64,000 nucleotides of DNA. It comes from an uncultured Candidatus Saccharibacteria bacterium. Its GTDB lineage: Bacteria > Patescibacteriota > Andersenbacteria > UBA10190. The stretch's first letter is position 1; each line of letters opens with the position of its first letter. Location: positions 16,094 through 80,093 of the forward strand of contig CAYUBL010000001.1 in assembly GCA_964443125.1 (NCBI GenBank), read 5' to 3'. The notes below the pieces were generated by a model. That model searched no databases. It was given only the letters and a program-made list of their open reading frames with translations, and was not told where the DNA came from. Of this stretch, positions 9,405 through 17,265 are shown one piece after another. The position numbers and the translations under genes were made by a program.

Positions 9405-11264
9405 ATGAAAACGCTCAACGAGGCTCGCGAGGCATATCTTTCTTTTTTTCAGGAGAAAGGACACGTTCGCATTCCGTCCGCATCGCTCGTCCCGGACAAT
9501 GATCCTACCACGCTGTTCACCGGATCCGGCATGCAGCCGATGGTGCCCTACTTGCTCGGACAAAAACACCCGCAAGGAAGCCGTATCACCGATTCGCAAA
9601 AATGTTTTCGGCTAAACGACATCGAGGACATCGGCGATAACCGCCATACCACATTTTTTGAAATGCTGGGGAATTGGTCGCTGGGCGACTACTTCAAAGA
9701 AGAACAAATTCCCTGGATGTATGAATTTTTAACCAAAAAACTGGGGCTTGATCCGCGCAACCTCTACGTAACATTTTTTGTCGGCAATGAAGAACTAGGC
9801 ATTGTAAAAGACATGACAAGCGCAACTATCTGGCAGAAGATGTTCCAAACAGACGGCATTGAAGCGATTATCAAAGATGATGCGGAATTAAAAGGAATGC
9901 AAGGCGGGCGGATTTTTTCGTACGACGAAAAGAAAAACTGGTGGTCTCGCGCGGGAGTTCCGGAAAATATGCCGATAGGGGAGCCGGGGGGCCCGGACAC
10001 GGAAATGTTTTGGGATTTTGGGGCAGATCTTTTGCTGCATGAAAAGTCTCCGTATAAAAATCAGCCATGCCATGTTAATTGCGACTGCGGACGCTTTATA
10101 GAAATCGGAAACAACGTATTTATGGAGTACATAAAAACGGAAACCGGATTTTCTCCGCTGCCGCAAAAGAACGTGGACTTCGGAGGAGGCCTGGAGCGAA
10201 TTACTGCCGCGCTCAACAATAATCCGGACGTATTTCTCATCGATGCGTTCAAGCCGGCGATGGACAAGCTTTCAGAGCTATCTCAAACCTCGTACGCCGA
10301 TACACAAGAGATTACGACCGCATATCGCGTCATCCTCGATCACGTGCGCGCCGCGGTATTTTTGATCGGAGACGGCGTACTTCCCGGCAATAAAGAACGC
10401 GAATACTTCGTCCGCCGGCTCATCCGCCGTGCGTCCGTATTCGGAAACCGCTTGAATATCAAAGAACCGTTTTTGTCGAAGCTCGCCGACGGCGTGATTG
10501 CGACATATGCCGATGCATACCCGAACCTTACCGATGCGCGCGACACGATTTTACAAGAACTCACCAAAGAAGAAGAAAAATTCTTGCCCACACTCGTGCA
10601 AGGCTTAAAGAAACTTGCGCAGATATTCCACTCACAGGAAGAAGTTTCCGGCGCGCAGGCATTCGAACTGTATGCAACATTCGGATACCCGATTGAAATG
10701 CAGCTGGAAGAAGCCGAAAAAGCGGGGAAGCGCGTTGATACGGAAGGCTTCAAAGAAGAAATGAAGAAACATCAGGATCTCTCTCGCACGGCTACGGAAG
10801 GAAAATTCAAAGGCGGCCTTGCCGATCACTCCGAGATGTCCGTGAAATATCACACGGCAACGCATTTGCTTCACCAGGCGCTGCGCACCGTGCTGGGCGA
10901 ACACGTATTTCAAAAAGGAAGCAATATCACCCCCGAACGGTTGCGGTTCGACTTTTCGCATCCCGATAAAATGACGCCTGAACAGATCAGGCAAACGGAA
11001 GACCTGGTGAATGAACAAATCCAAAGAGACTTGAATGTTACGCACGAAGAAATGAGCGTTGAGGAAGCAAAAAAACGAAACGCGCTTGGGCTATTCGAGC
11101 ATAAGTACGGCGATACGGTAAGCGTGTATACGGTCGGCGATTTCTCGTGTGAAATTTGCGGCGGCCCGCATGTTGAACATACCGGCGTGCTTGGAAAGTT
11201 TGTGATTACAAAAGAAGAATCCGCCGGTGCAGGCGTGAGGCGGATCAAGGCGGTGTTGAAATAA
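9405..11264 (+). CDS. alaS: Alanine--tRNA ligase, short form (catalytic, tRNA-recognition and editing domains; no C-Ala domain)
   Basis: Class II AlaRS N-terminal motifs (FFQEKGHVRIPSASLVP, FTGSGMQP, GNWSLGDYFKEE). Editing-domain HxxxH (HTATHLLHQALR) and CxxxH (CGGPHVEHTG). 619 aa against a typical ~870. Confidence 0.85.
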   Translation: MKTLNEAREAYLSFFQEKGHVRIPSASLVPDNDPTTLFTGSGMQPMVPYLLGQKHPQGSRITDSQKCFRLNDIEDIGDNRHTTFFEMLGNWSLGDYFKEEQIPWMYEFLTKKLGLDPRNLYVTFFVGNEELGIVKDMTSATIWQKMFQTDGIEAIIKDDAELKGMQGGRIFSYDEKKNWWSRAGVPENMPIGEPGGPDTEMFWDFGADLLLHEKSPYKNQPCHVNCDCGRFIEIGNNVFMEYIKTETGFSPLPQKNVDFGGGLERITAALNNNPDVFLIDAFKPAMDKLSELSQTSYADTQEITTAYRVILDHVRAAVFLIGDGVLPGNKEREYFVRRLIRRASVFGNRLNIKEPFLSKLADGVIATYADAYPNLTDARDTILQELTKEEEKFLPTLVQGLKKLAQIFHSQEEVSGAQAFELYATFGYPIEMQLEEAEKAGKRVDTEGFKEEMKKHQDLSRTATEGKFKGGLADHSEMSVKYHTATHLLHQALRTVLGEHVFQKGSNITPERLRFDFSHPDKMTPEQIRQTEDLVNEQIQRDLNVTHEEMSVEEAKKRNALGLFEHKYGDTVSVYTVGDFSCEICGGPHVEHTGVLGKFVITKEESAGAGVRRIKAVLK

Positions 11265-11326
11265 AATCCCTCCGAACCACGATGGTCCGGAGGGCCGCTG
11301 GGGAACAGAAAGGAAAACCCAGCGAG

Positions 11327-11455
11327 TTACTTTTTGCGTCGTTGAGGTTTCTTCATCGCCGGAGCGAAGTTACGCCGTTCGCCGCGCGATTTTTTCCGAG
11401 AAGTCTTGGGCAGTTTATGTCCGTGACGCGTGGACGTAGGATCCATGATAGCCAT
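11327..11455 (-). CDS. 42-aa highly basic peptide (MAIMDPTSTRHGHKLPKTSRKKSRGERRNFAPAMKKPQRRKK), ribosomal-protein-like composition
   Basis: Below the track's length cut-off. Strong RBS AAGGAGAG 6 nt upstream of the ATG and 16 nt downstream of the preceding minus-strand gene. Lys/Arg-rich. Confidence 0.45.
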   Translation of the reverse strand: MAIMDPTSTRHGHKLPKTSRKKSRGERRNFAPAMKKPQRRKK

Positions 11456-11471
11456 CTGTACTCTCCTTCAT

Positions 11472-11705
11472 TTACTCCAGAAGATCCAATTCTTTAAGAA
11501 ACCTCTCGACTTCTTCCGGTGAAACGATTTTCGGGTGCATCTTGCGATCTTTTTCCGGCAATGCATATTCGCATGCCTTGCAGTCCCATCCATCAAAGGG
11601 AGTGCTGCATTTCGGGCAGCACGGCAGCGCCGGCTCCACATTGGATTCTTCAGTAATATCCTGTGACCAGGAAATCTCGGGATCGGAATTGGTATCCATC
11701 ATCAT
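11472..11705 (-). CDS. Small zinc-ribbon protein (CxxC...CxxC)
   Basis: 77 aa with PCCPKCSTPFDGWDCKACEY. Minus-strand ORF in an otherwise + strand region, with a co-oriented downstream peptide gene. Confidence 0.45.
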   Translation of the reverse strand: MMMDTNSDPEISWSQDITEESNVEPALPCCPKCSTPFDGWDCKACEYALPEKDRKMHPKIVSPEEVERFLKELDLLE

Positions 11706-11782
11706 GAACCCCCATTAATTGTACGAATTGGCAGAGAACGACTCTTGGCTCTTTATACACCAATGCGCTACAATTACAATCA

Positions 11783-13180
11783 ATGCGAGACATTAAGCCA
11801 ACCGGGAATATCCGCAAAGTTCCGTCGCACAAGCATTCCGATACGCTGCCGCCGGAAGCGGCAGAGCTGTTGCATACGCATGCAAAGAAAGCGAAAAAGC
11901 GCCGCTTTACCGGATCGAAGGTTTCCATTACGAACGTGCATGTCCCGAGGCAATCCGTAGCAAAGCGAAGCGAATCTCGCCCGCTGTTTGCGAGCGTTCC
12001 CACGAATACAAAGAAACGGCGAGCGCGTCGCATGAGCATGAGTCTTGGCGGCAAAGAGCGGACCATCGCGCTTGGACTGCTGGGGGCGCTCCTTGTCATG
12101 GGGGGCATTGCGGCACTTATCTTTCTTCCCACGGCTTCTATTGCGCTGACGATCCAGACCGCTCCGCTCCTGGTCGATCAAAAACTGACCATTGCAACAA
12201 ATCCTTCCGCCATTCCCAATGCTATTCCGGGAAGCGTCTTCACCCAACAAGTGGACGTCCAGGGATCATCTCCCGTTACGAGCACGGAAGTAGTCGGAAA
12301 CAAAGCGACCGGCAAGGTACAGCTCATCAACAAAACCTTCGATGAACAAAAAATCAAAGAACGAAGCAGGCTCGTCACTAAAGAAGGAACGCTCTTTTAC
12401 ATGAAAGGATCTGCAACAATTCCCGCAGCAAGTCCGTCTGGCGTGACAAGCGTCATTGTTGACGTGGAAGCTGCGGAGGCGGGCGAGCAGGGGAATATAT
12501 CGGCCCAGCGCCTTGACTTCGCCGCGCTTGATTCTTCAGCGCAATCGCTTGTATACGGACAAAGCCTTGACACCTTTACCGGCGGAAGCGGGGAGACGGT
12601 CTCCGTAGTGAAAGAAGCCGATATCGAACAAGCTAAAGCAGCAGCGGCATCAGAGGCACGCTTACAAGTAGAGCAAGCAGCCCAAAGCCAATTGCAGAAA
12701 GGCTGGCTTTTATTGGATGAAAGCTGGGATGTCGCGCTGTCTCAATTCACCCCGAGCAGCGCCGTCGGCGATCGCGTCGAATCCATTCCCTATACCGCTC
12801 AAGCAACCGTACGCGTCATGGCATTTCGGGAAGACGCGATGAATGCGGCTGTCGAGCAGGCGCTTACCAGCCAGCTTACAGAAGACTACATGCTGTTCCC
12901 CGGTCCTATTTCCTATACAAAATCCGTTGACACCTCCAACTGGGATGCAGGGCAAGTTTCCATGACGGCACGCGTGACCCATACCACCATTCCAAGTTTT
13001 TCCATCGCAACATTAAAAGAGAAGCTTGCAGGCCGCAAGGAAGAGGAAGCGAAAAACTATCTGACTGGCCTTCCGGGTGTCCAGAACGCATCGGTTACCC
13101 TCTGGCCGTTCTGGGTACAGCGAGTGCCAGAAATCCAGAAGCGCATCGATATCCAGCTGGCCTCAGACCGAGAGCTCTAA
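11783..13180 (+). CDS. Hypothetical membrane-anchored protein (basic N-terminus, single TM, large extracytoplasmic domain)
   Basis: TM segment TIALGLLGALLVMGGIAALIFL, then a Ser/Thr/Ala-rich domain. The start is uncertain (alternatives near 12032/12038). Confidence 0.5.
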   Translation: MRDIKPTGNIRKVPSHKHSDTLPPEAAELLHTHAKKAKKRRFTGSKVSITNVHVPRQSVAKRSESRPLFASVPTNTKKRRARRMSMSLGGKERTIALGLLGALLVMGGIAALIFLPTASIALTIQTAPLLVDQKLTIATNPSAIPNAIPGSVFTQQVDVQGSSPVTSTEVVGNKATGKVQLINKTFDEQKIKERSRLVTKEGTLFYMKGSATIPAASPSGVTSVIVDVEAAEAGEQGNISAQRLDFAALDSSAQSLVYGQSLDTFTGGSGETVSVVKEADIEQAKAAAASEARLQVEQAAQSQLQKGWLLLDESWDVALSQFTPSSAVGDRVESIPYTAQATVRVMAFREDAMNAAVEQALTSQLTEDYMLFPGPISYTKSVDTSNWDAGQVSMTARVTHTTIPSFSIATLKEKLAGRKEEEAKNYLTGLPGVQNASVTLWPFWVQRVPEIQKRIDIQLASDREL

Positions 13181-13189
13181 ATAGAGGAT

Positions 13190-13218
13190 TTGACAGCCTT
13201 TTTGCTCTCCTCTATACT
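13190..13218 (+). promoter_or_regulatory. Sigma-70-type promoter upstream of infA (-35 TTGACA, 17-nt spacer, -10 TATACT)
   Basis: TTGACA at 13190-13195 and TATACT at 13213-13218, followed by a roughly 145-nt untranslated leader before infA. Confidence 0.6.
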
Positions 13219-13363
13219 ATAGTTTATCTGCGCTGCACGATTTCGGACTGATGCGTATTTCCCTCTTCTGGAGGATAAGCATGTGTCTTGAAATCCGTTC
13301 AGCTTAGCGGATTTTCTTCATTTTTAATCGTATTATCCTCTGCCAAAACCCAATACCGTCGAA

Positions 13364-13558
13364 GTGGATGGGGAAATCGTCGACACCCTTCCAAATACCC
13401 AGTTTAAAGTCCAGCTCGATACCGGGCAGGAAATTATCGGGCACCTTTCCGGAAAAATGCGCGTCCACAGGATCCGCGTCATGCCGGGAGACAGAGTCCG
13501 GGTAGAAATGTCGGCATACGATCTCACAAAAGGCAGAATCATTCTTCGATTGCAATAA
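13364..13558 (+). CDS. infA: Translation initiation factor IF-1
   Basis: S1-like fold sequence ...[56 protein letters not shown]. Apparent GTG start. Upstream of rpmJ-rpsM-rpsK-rpsD-rpoA-rplQ. Confidence 0.85.
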   Translation: MDGEIVDTLPNTQFKVQLDTGQEIIGHLSGKMRVHRIRVMPGDRVRVEMSAYDLTKGRIILRLQ

Positions 13559-13565
13559 TACCCAT

Positions 13566-13679
13566 ATGAAAGTACGAGCTTCCGTAAAAAAGATGTGCGC
13601 AAAGTGCAAAACAACCCGCCGAAAAGGGAAGGTTGTTGTCATTTGCGAAAATCCGAAACATAAGCAACGTCAACGATAA
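13566..13679 (+). CDS. rpmJ: 50S ribosomal protein L36
   Basis: [37 protein letters not shown] (37 aa, Cys3His zinc ribbon). Short, so not in the ORF track. Confidence 0.9.
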   Translation: MKVRASVKKMCAKCKTTRRKGKVVVICENPKHKQRQR

Positions 13680-13682
13680 CCT

Positions 13683-14075
13683 ATGCCTATTCGAATCAGC
13701 GGAGTAACACTCCAAGACAAAAAGCGGATCCTCTTCGCCCTTACCGATATTTACGGAATCGGGCGGTCGGCTTCCGCGAAAATCTTGCACACGCTCAAGA
13801 TCGATCCGACCATTTTTACGCGCGACCTGACAGACAAGGAAGAGCAGGCGTTGCGCGAATATATCGAAAAGAATATCCGGGTTGAAGGAGAACTGCGCCG
13901 CGATGTCTCGATGCATATCAAGCATCACCGAGATATCGGAACCTATCGCGGAATCCGCCATGCAAAACACCTTCCCGTACGCGGACAGCGAACAAAGACG
14001 AATTCCCGCACGGTGCGCGGAAACGTCCGCAGAACAGCAGGAAGCGGAAGAAAATCATCTAACGAAAAGACCTAA
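13683..14075 (+). CDS. rpsM: 30S ribosomal protein S13
   Basis: S13 sequence (ALTDIYGIGRSASAKIL...GIRHAKHLPVRGQRTKTNSRT) in alpha-operon order. Confidence 0.9.
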   Translation: MPIRISGVTLQDKKRILFALTDIYGIGRSASAKILHTLKIDPTIFTRDLTDKEEQALREYIEKNIRVEGELRRDVSMHIKHHRDIGTYRGIRHAKHLPVRGQRTKTNSRTVRGNVRRTAGSGRKSSNEKT

Positions 14076-14078
14076 CCT

Positions 14079-14477
14079 ATGGCATCACCAACAAAGGCAA
14101 CTCGAGGAAAAAAGGCTAAGCCCCGCCGAAAGGTAAAGTCGGGCGTTATCCATATTACGTCCACCTTTAACAACACGCTGATTTCCGTTACGGATCCCGC
14201 CGGAGCAGTGCTTGTGTGGAGCAGCGCCGGCCGCGTAGGGTTCGGAGGAGCGCGCAAAGCAACTCCGTATGCGGCAATGCAAGCGGTTGCAAATGTTATG
14301 GAACAACTCAAACCGTTCCAGATGGAAGAAGCGCAAGTCATCGTGAAAGGAATCGGAAGCGCTCGAGACTCCGCGATCCGCGCTATCGGCTCATCGGGAA
14401 TCACGATTACTGCTATCCGCGACATTACCCCTATTCCTCATAACGGAGTCCGTCCCCCTCGACGGCGCCGAGTATAA
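14079..14477 (+). CDS. rpsK: 30S ribosomal protein S11
   Basis: S11 sequence (GVIHITSTFNNTLISVTDPAG...ITDITPIPHNGVRPPRRRR). Confidence 0.9.
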   Translation: MASPTKATRGKKAKPRRKVKSGVIHITSTFNNTLISVTDPAGAVLVWSSAGRVGFGGARKATPYAAMQAVANVMEQLKPFQMEEAQVIVKGIGSARDSAIRAIGSSGITITAIRDITPIPHNGVRPPRRRRV

Positions 14478-14487
14478 CCATATTCCT

Positions 14488-15045
14488 ATGCCATCCCCAA
14501 CTCCAACCCAGACACCAAACCCTACCCAGCAGAGGCGGCAACAGCAGTCCCGCCGCCCTCGCCAGAAGAGCCGCTACGGCGCAAGCTTGAGCGAAAAGCA
14601 AAGCTTGAAGAATATTTTCTCCGTCCGCGAAGAACAGTTGCGAAAATATTACCGCCAGGCGCAAAAGGCTCATGGGCAGACCGGATCCATGCTTATCTCG
14701 CTTTTGGAACGCCGCCTGGATAATGCCATTTTCCGCGCAGGTTTCGCTCAAACTCGACGCCAAGCTCGCCAAATGGCAACGCACCGTCTCTTTACGGTAA
14801 ACGGAAGGCCCGTAGATATCCCTTCGTACTCGCTGCGCGTGGGGGATGTCGTGGCAGTAAAAGAAAGCAAGCGGGGCAAGTCGTACTTTACTTCATTCGA
14901 AAAACGCATGCAGAACGCAAGCAGCCCATCCTGGATCCTCATTGATCCTGCAGCGTTCAGTTTCAAAGTTACCGCACTGCCGGATGCAGCAGAAGCAAAC
15001 CTGGGCATCGATATCCGAGCAGTCGTGGAATTCTTCGCCCGCTAA
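14488..15045 (+). CDS. rpsD: 30S ribosomal protein S4 (atypical Pro/Thr/Gln-rich N-terminus, no zinc-finger cysteines)
   Basis: S4 core (YGASLSEKQSLKNIFSVREEQLRKYY...LERRLDNAIFRAGF...NGRPVDIPSYSLRVGDVV). N-terminus is MPSPTPTQTPNPTQQRRQQQSRRPRQ. Confidence 0.85.
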   Translation: MPSPTPTQTPNPTQQRRQQQSRRPRQKSRYGASLSEKQSLKNIFSVREEQLRKYYRQAQKAHGQTGSMLISLLERRLDNAIFRAGFAQTRRQARQMATHRLFTVNGRPVDIPSYSLRVGDVVAVKESKRGKSYFTSFEKRMQNASSPSWILIDPAAFSFKVTALPDAAEANLGIDIRAVVEFFAR

Positions 15046-15077
15046 TCAAGAGCATTTTATTTAATCCTTATCACACT

Positions 15078-16043
15078 ATGTTGCAAGAAATTTATCTCCC
15101 AGAAACCGTAGAAGTAAAGGCCGAGGAGCAGAACACCGGCCACTTCACGATCAAGCCATACCATCCCGGATACGGTCCGACGGTAGGCAATGCGCTTCGC
15201 CGAGTACTCCTTTCATCGCTCCCCGGCGCAGCTGTTACCCAAATGAAGATCGAGCATGTCGATCACGAATTCTCCGCACTCCCGGGGGTGAAAGAAGACA
15301 TGGTTTCCATCATGCTCAATATCAAAGGGATCCGCGTATCCTCTACAAGCAAAGATCCGGTAGAGATCCGGCTCGAAAAGAAGGGAAAGGGAGTTGTTAC
15401 CGCAGGAGACTTCCAGACTCCTCCCGAAGTAACGATTATTAACGCCGACCATGTCATTGCCACCATCACGGACGAAAAAGCGTCTTTGGAAATGACATGC
15501 ACAGTAGAGCAAGGCCGCGGGTATGTTCCGTCTGAAGTTCAAGATCCGAAAGCGCGAACCATCGGTACCATTGCATTGGATGCGGCATTCACTCCGGTTG
15601 AGCGCGTAAGCTTTTCCGTAGACAACGTCCGCGTAGGGCAAGCAACCAATTACCACCAGCTGAACATGACCATCACGACCGACGGCAGTATCACGCCGAA
15701 AGAAGCGCTGCAGCAAGCAGCATCCATCCTCCGCGACCACTTTGCGCAGCTCACTGGTGAATTTACCGACTCCCTTACCTCTTCCCGCCCGCAAGAAGCG
15801 GAACCGGAAGCAGTCGTGGAAGAAGTAAAAGCTCCGGAAAATACGCTGAACCTCTTGCAGCTGCCATCTCGCGTGCATAATGCGCTCGAACGAGTCGGCA
15901 TTACGACCGTAGACCAGGTAATGGAACTCTCTGACGAACAAATCAGCGACATTCCGGGACTGGGGGCAAAGGCGGTACAAGACGTCGCTCAGGCACGAGA
16001 CGATTTCAAGAAACGCCTTACAGAAGAACAATCTAACGAATAG
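15078..16043 (+). CDS. rpoA: DNA-directed RNA polymerase subunit alpha
   Basis: RpoA NTD/CTD sequence (GYGPTVGNALRRVLLSSLPGAAVT...; C-terminal LNLLQLPSRVHNALERVGITTVDQV). Confidence 0.9.
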   Translation: MLQEIYLPETVEVKAEEQNTGHFTIKPYHPGYGPTVGNALRRVLLSSLPGAAVTQMKIEHVDHEFSALPGVKEDMVSIMLNIKGIRVSSTSKDPVEIRLEKKGKGVVTAGDFQTPPEVTIINADHVIATITDEKASLEMTCTVEQGRGYVPSEVQDPKARTIGTIALDAAFTPVERVSFSVDNVRVGQATNYHQLNMTITTDGSITPKEALQQAASILRDHFAQLTGEFTDSLTSSRPQEAEPEAVVEEVKAPENTLNLLQLPSRVHNALERVGITTVDQVMELSDEQISDIPGLGAKAVQDVAQARDDFKKRLTEEQSNE

Positions 16044-16045
16044 TC

Positions 16046-16408
16046 ATGCGTAAGAAAAAAAGCAACAGAATATTGGGACGTACCTCCAACCAGCGGCTGC
16101 ATCTCATGCGCAATCTGACCAGCTCGCTGCTTGAGCATGGCTCGATCGTCACGTCGGAAGCGAAGGCCAAAGAGTTGCGCCGCCATTTCGAACCGCTTGT
16201 TACCAAAGCGAAGAGCGAACTGACGCTGGCAAATCGCCGCCGCCTGCTTTCCGAGGTATCGGGAAAAGAAGAGCTTGTCCGCTTGCTGGATGTTGCAAAG
16301 AGCAACCAGAAACGCCCCGGGGGATACCTTCGCATTACCAAGCTTCCCGTAGACCGCACCGATGCGGCAAAAATGGCACGGGTTGACATTGTCGCCCAAT
16401 CGAAATAA
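16046..16408 (+). CDS. rplQ: 50S ribosomal protein L17
   Basis: L17 sequence (LGRTSNQRLHLMRNLTSSLLEHGSIVTSEAKAKELRR...). Confidence 0.9.
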   Translation: MRKKKSNRILGRTSNQRLHLMRNLTSSLLEHGSIVTSEAKAKELRRHFEPLVTKAKSELTLANRRRLLSEVSGKEELVRLLDVAKSNQKRPGGYLRITKLPVDRTDAAKMARVDIVAQSK

Positions 16409-16420
16409 TACTGGAAGACT

Positions 16421-16822
16421 ATGGATACGAATATTACCTGGCACGTTATCGACGCAAAGACCGCGACACTTGGGCGCATTGCGACACAGGCTGCATCGCT
16501 TCTGCTTGGAAAACACCTAACGAACTCCCAAAAGCATGTAGCATCTCCGGTACGCGTCGTTATCATCAACAGCGATAAACTGAAAGTGACTGGACAGAAG
16601 ATGAAGCAAAAAATGTATCGGCACTATTCCGGATACGCAGGGGGATTAAAAGAACGATCGCTTGAAAATCAAATGAAGCGGGATTCCCGGTTTGTTATCC
16701 GCGAAGCGGTGTCCGGCATGCTGCCGAAGAATAACCTCCGCGCCGTTCGGATGAGAAACTTATACGTATATCCAGGTGCGGAGCATCCTCATATGGCACA
16801 GACGAAAGGAGAGACAGTATGA
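16421..16822 (+). CDS. rplM: 50S ribosomal protein L13
   Basis: L13 sequence (WHVIDAKTATLGRIATQAASLLLGKH...). Confidence 0.9.
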   Translation: MDTNITWHVIDAKTATLGRIATQAASLLLGKHLTNSQKHVASPVRVVIINSDKLKVTGQKMKQKMYRHYSGYAGGLKERSLENQMKRDSRFVIREAVSGMLPKNNLRAVRMRNLYVYPGAEHPHMAQTKGETV

Positions 16823-17211
16823 ACAAAAATCTCAAGCACGGATTAGGCCGAAGAAAGACCGCGGTTGCGCGCGTGCTGCTTACCGACGACAAGGCGGAGC
16901 GGCTCATAAACGGCATCGCGCTTTCTGAATATTTTCCTGCACAGGCGATGCAGGTAGTGGCAGTAAAGCCTTTGGAAGTAACATCCCAAGACTCCGAATA
17001 CGGCCTGAAGATCAAGGTTTCCGGCGGAGGAAAACAAGCACAAGCGGAAGCAGTATCTCTGGGAATCGCGCGAGCGCTTCTCACCGTTGATGAAGGGTTC
17101 CGCAAGCAGCTCAAGACCGCAGGACTTCTGCGTCGAGACTCTCGCACCAAGGAGCGAAAGAAACCGGGACTCAAAGGCGCACGCCGCGCACCTCAGTTCA
17201 GCAAACGATAA
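16819..17211 (+). CDS. rpsI: 30S ribosomal protein S9
   Basis: S9 sequence with the C-terminal ...RKKPGLKGARRAPQFSKR. ATGA overlap with rplM. Confidence 0.9.
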   Translation: MNKNLKHGLGRRKTAVARVLLTDDKAERLINGIALSEYFPAQAMQVVAVKPLEVTSQDSEYGLKIKVSGGGKQAQAEAVSLGIARALLTVDEGFRKQLKTAGLLRRDSRTKERKKPGLKGARRAPQFSKR

Positions 17212-17217
17212 CACTAT

Positions 17218-17233
17218 CCCCGCACATGCGGGG
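17218..17233 (+). terminator. GC hairpin (CCCCGC-acat-GCGGGG) immediately after rpsI, a terminator-like element
   Basis: Perfect 6-bp stem directly after the S9 stop, followed by an AT-rich stretch with no clean U-run. Confidence 0.35.
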
Positions 17234-17265
17234 ATATATCGTCTCTGTAGTGTATACTGCCTAAT

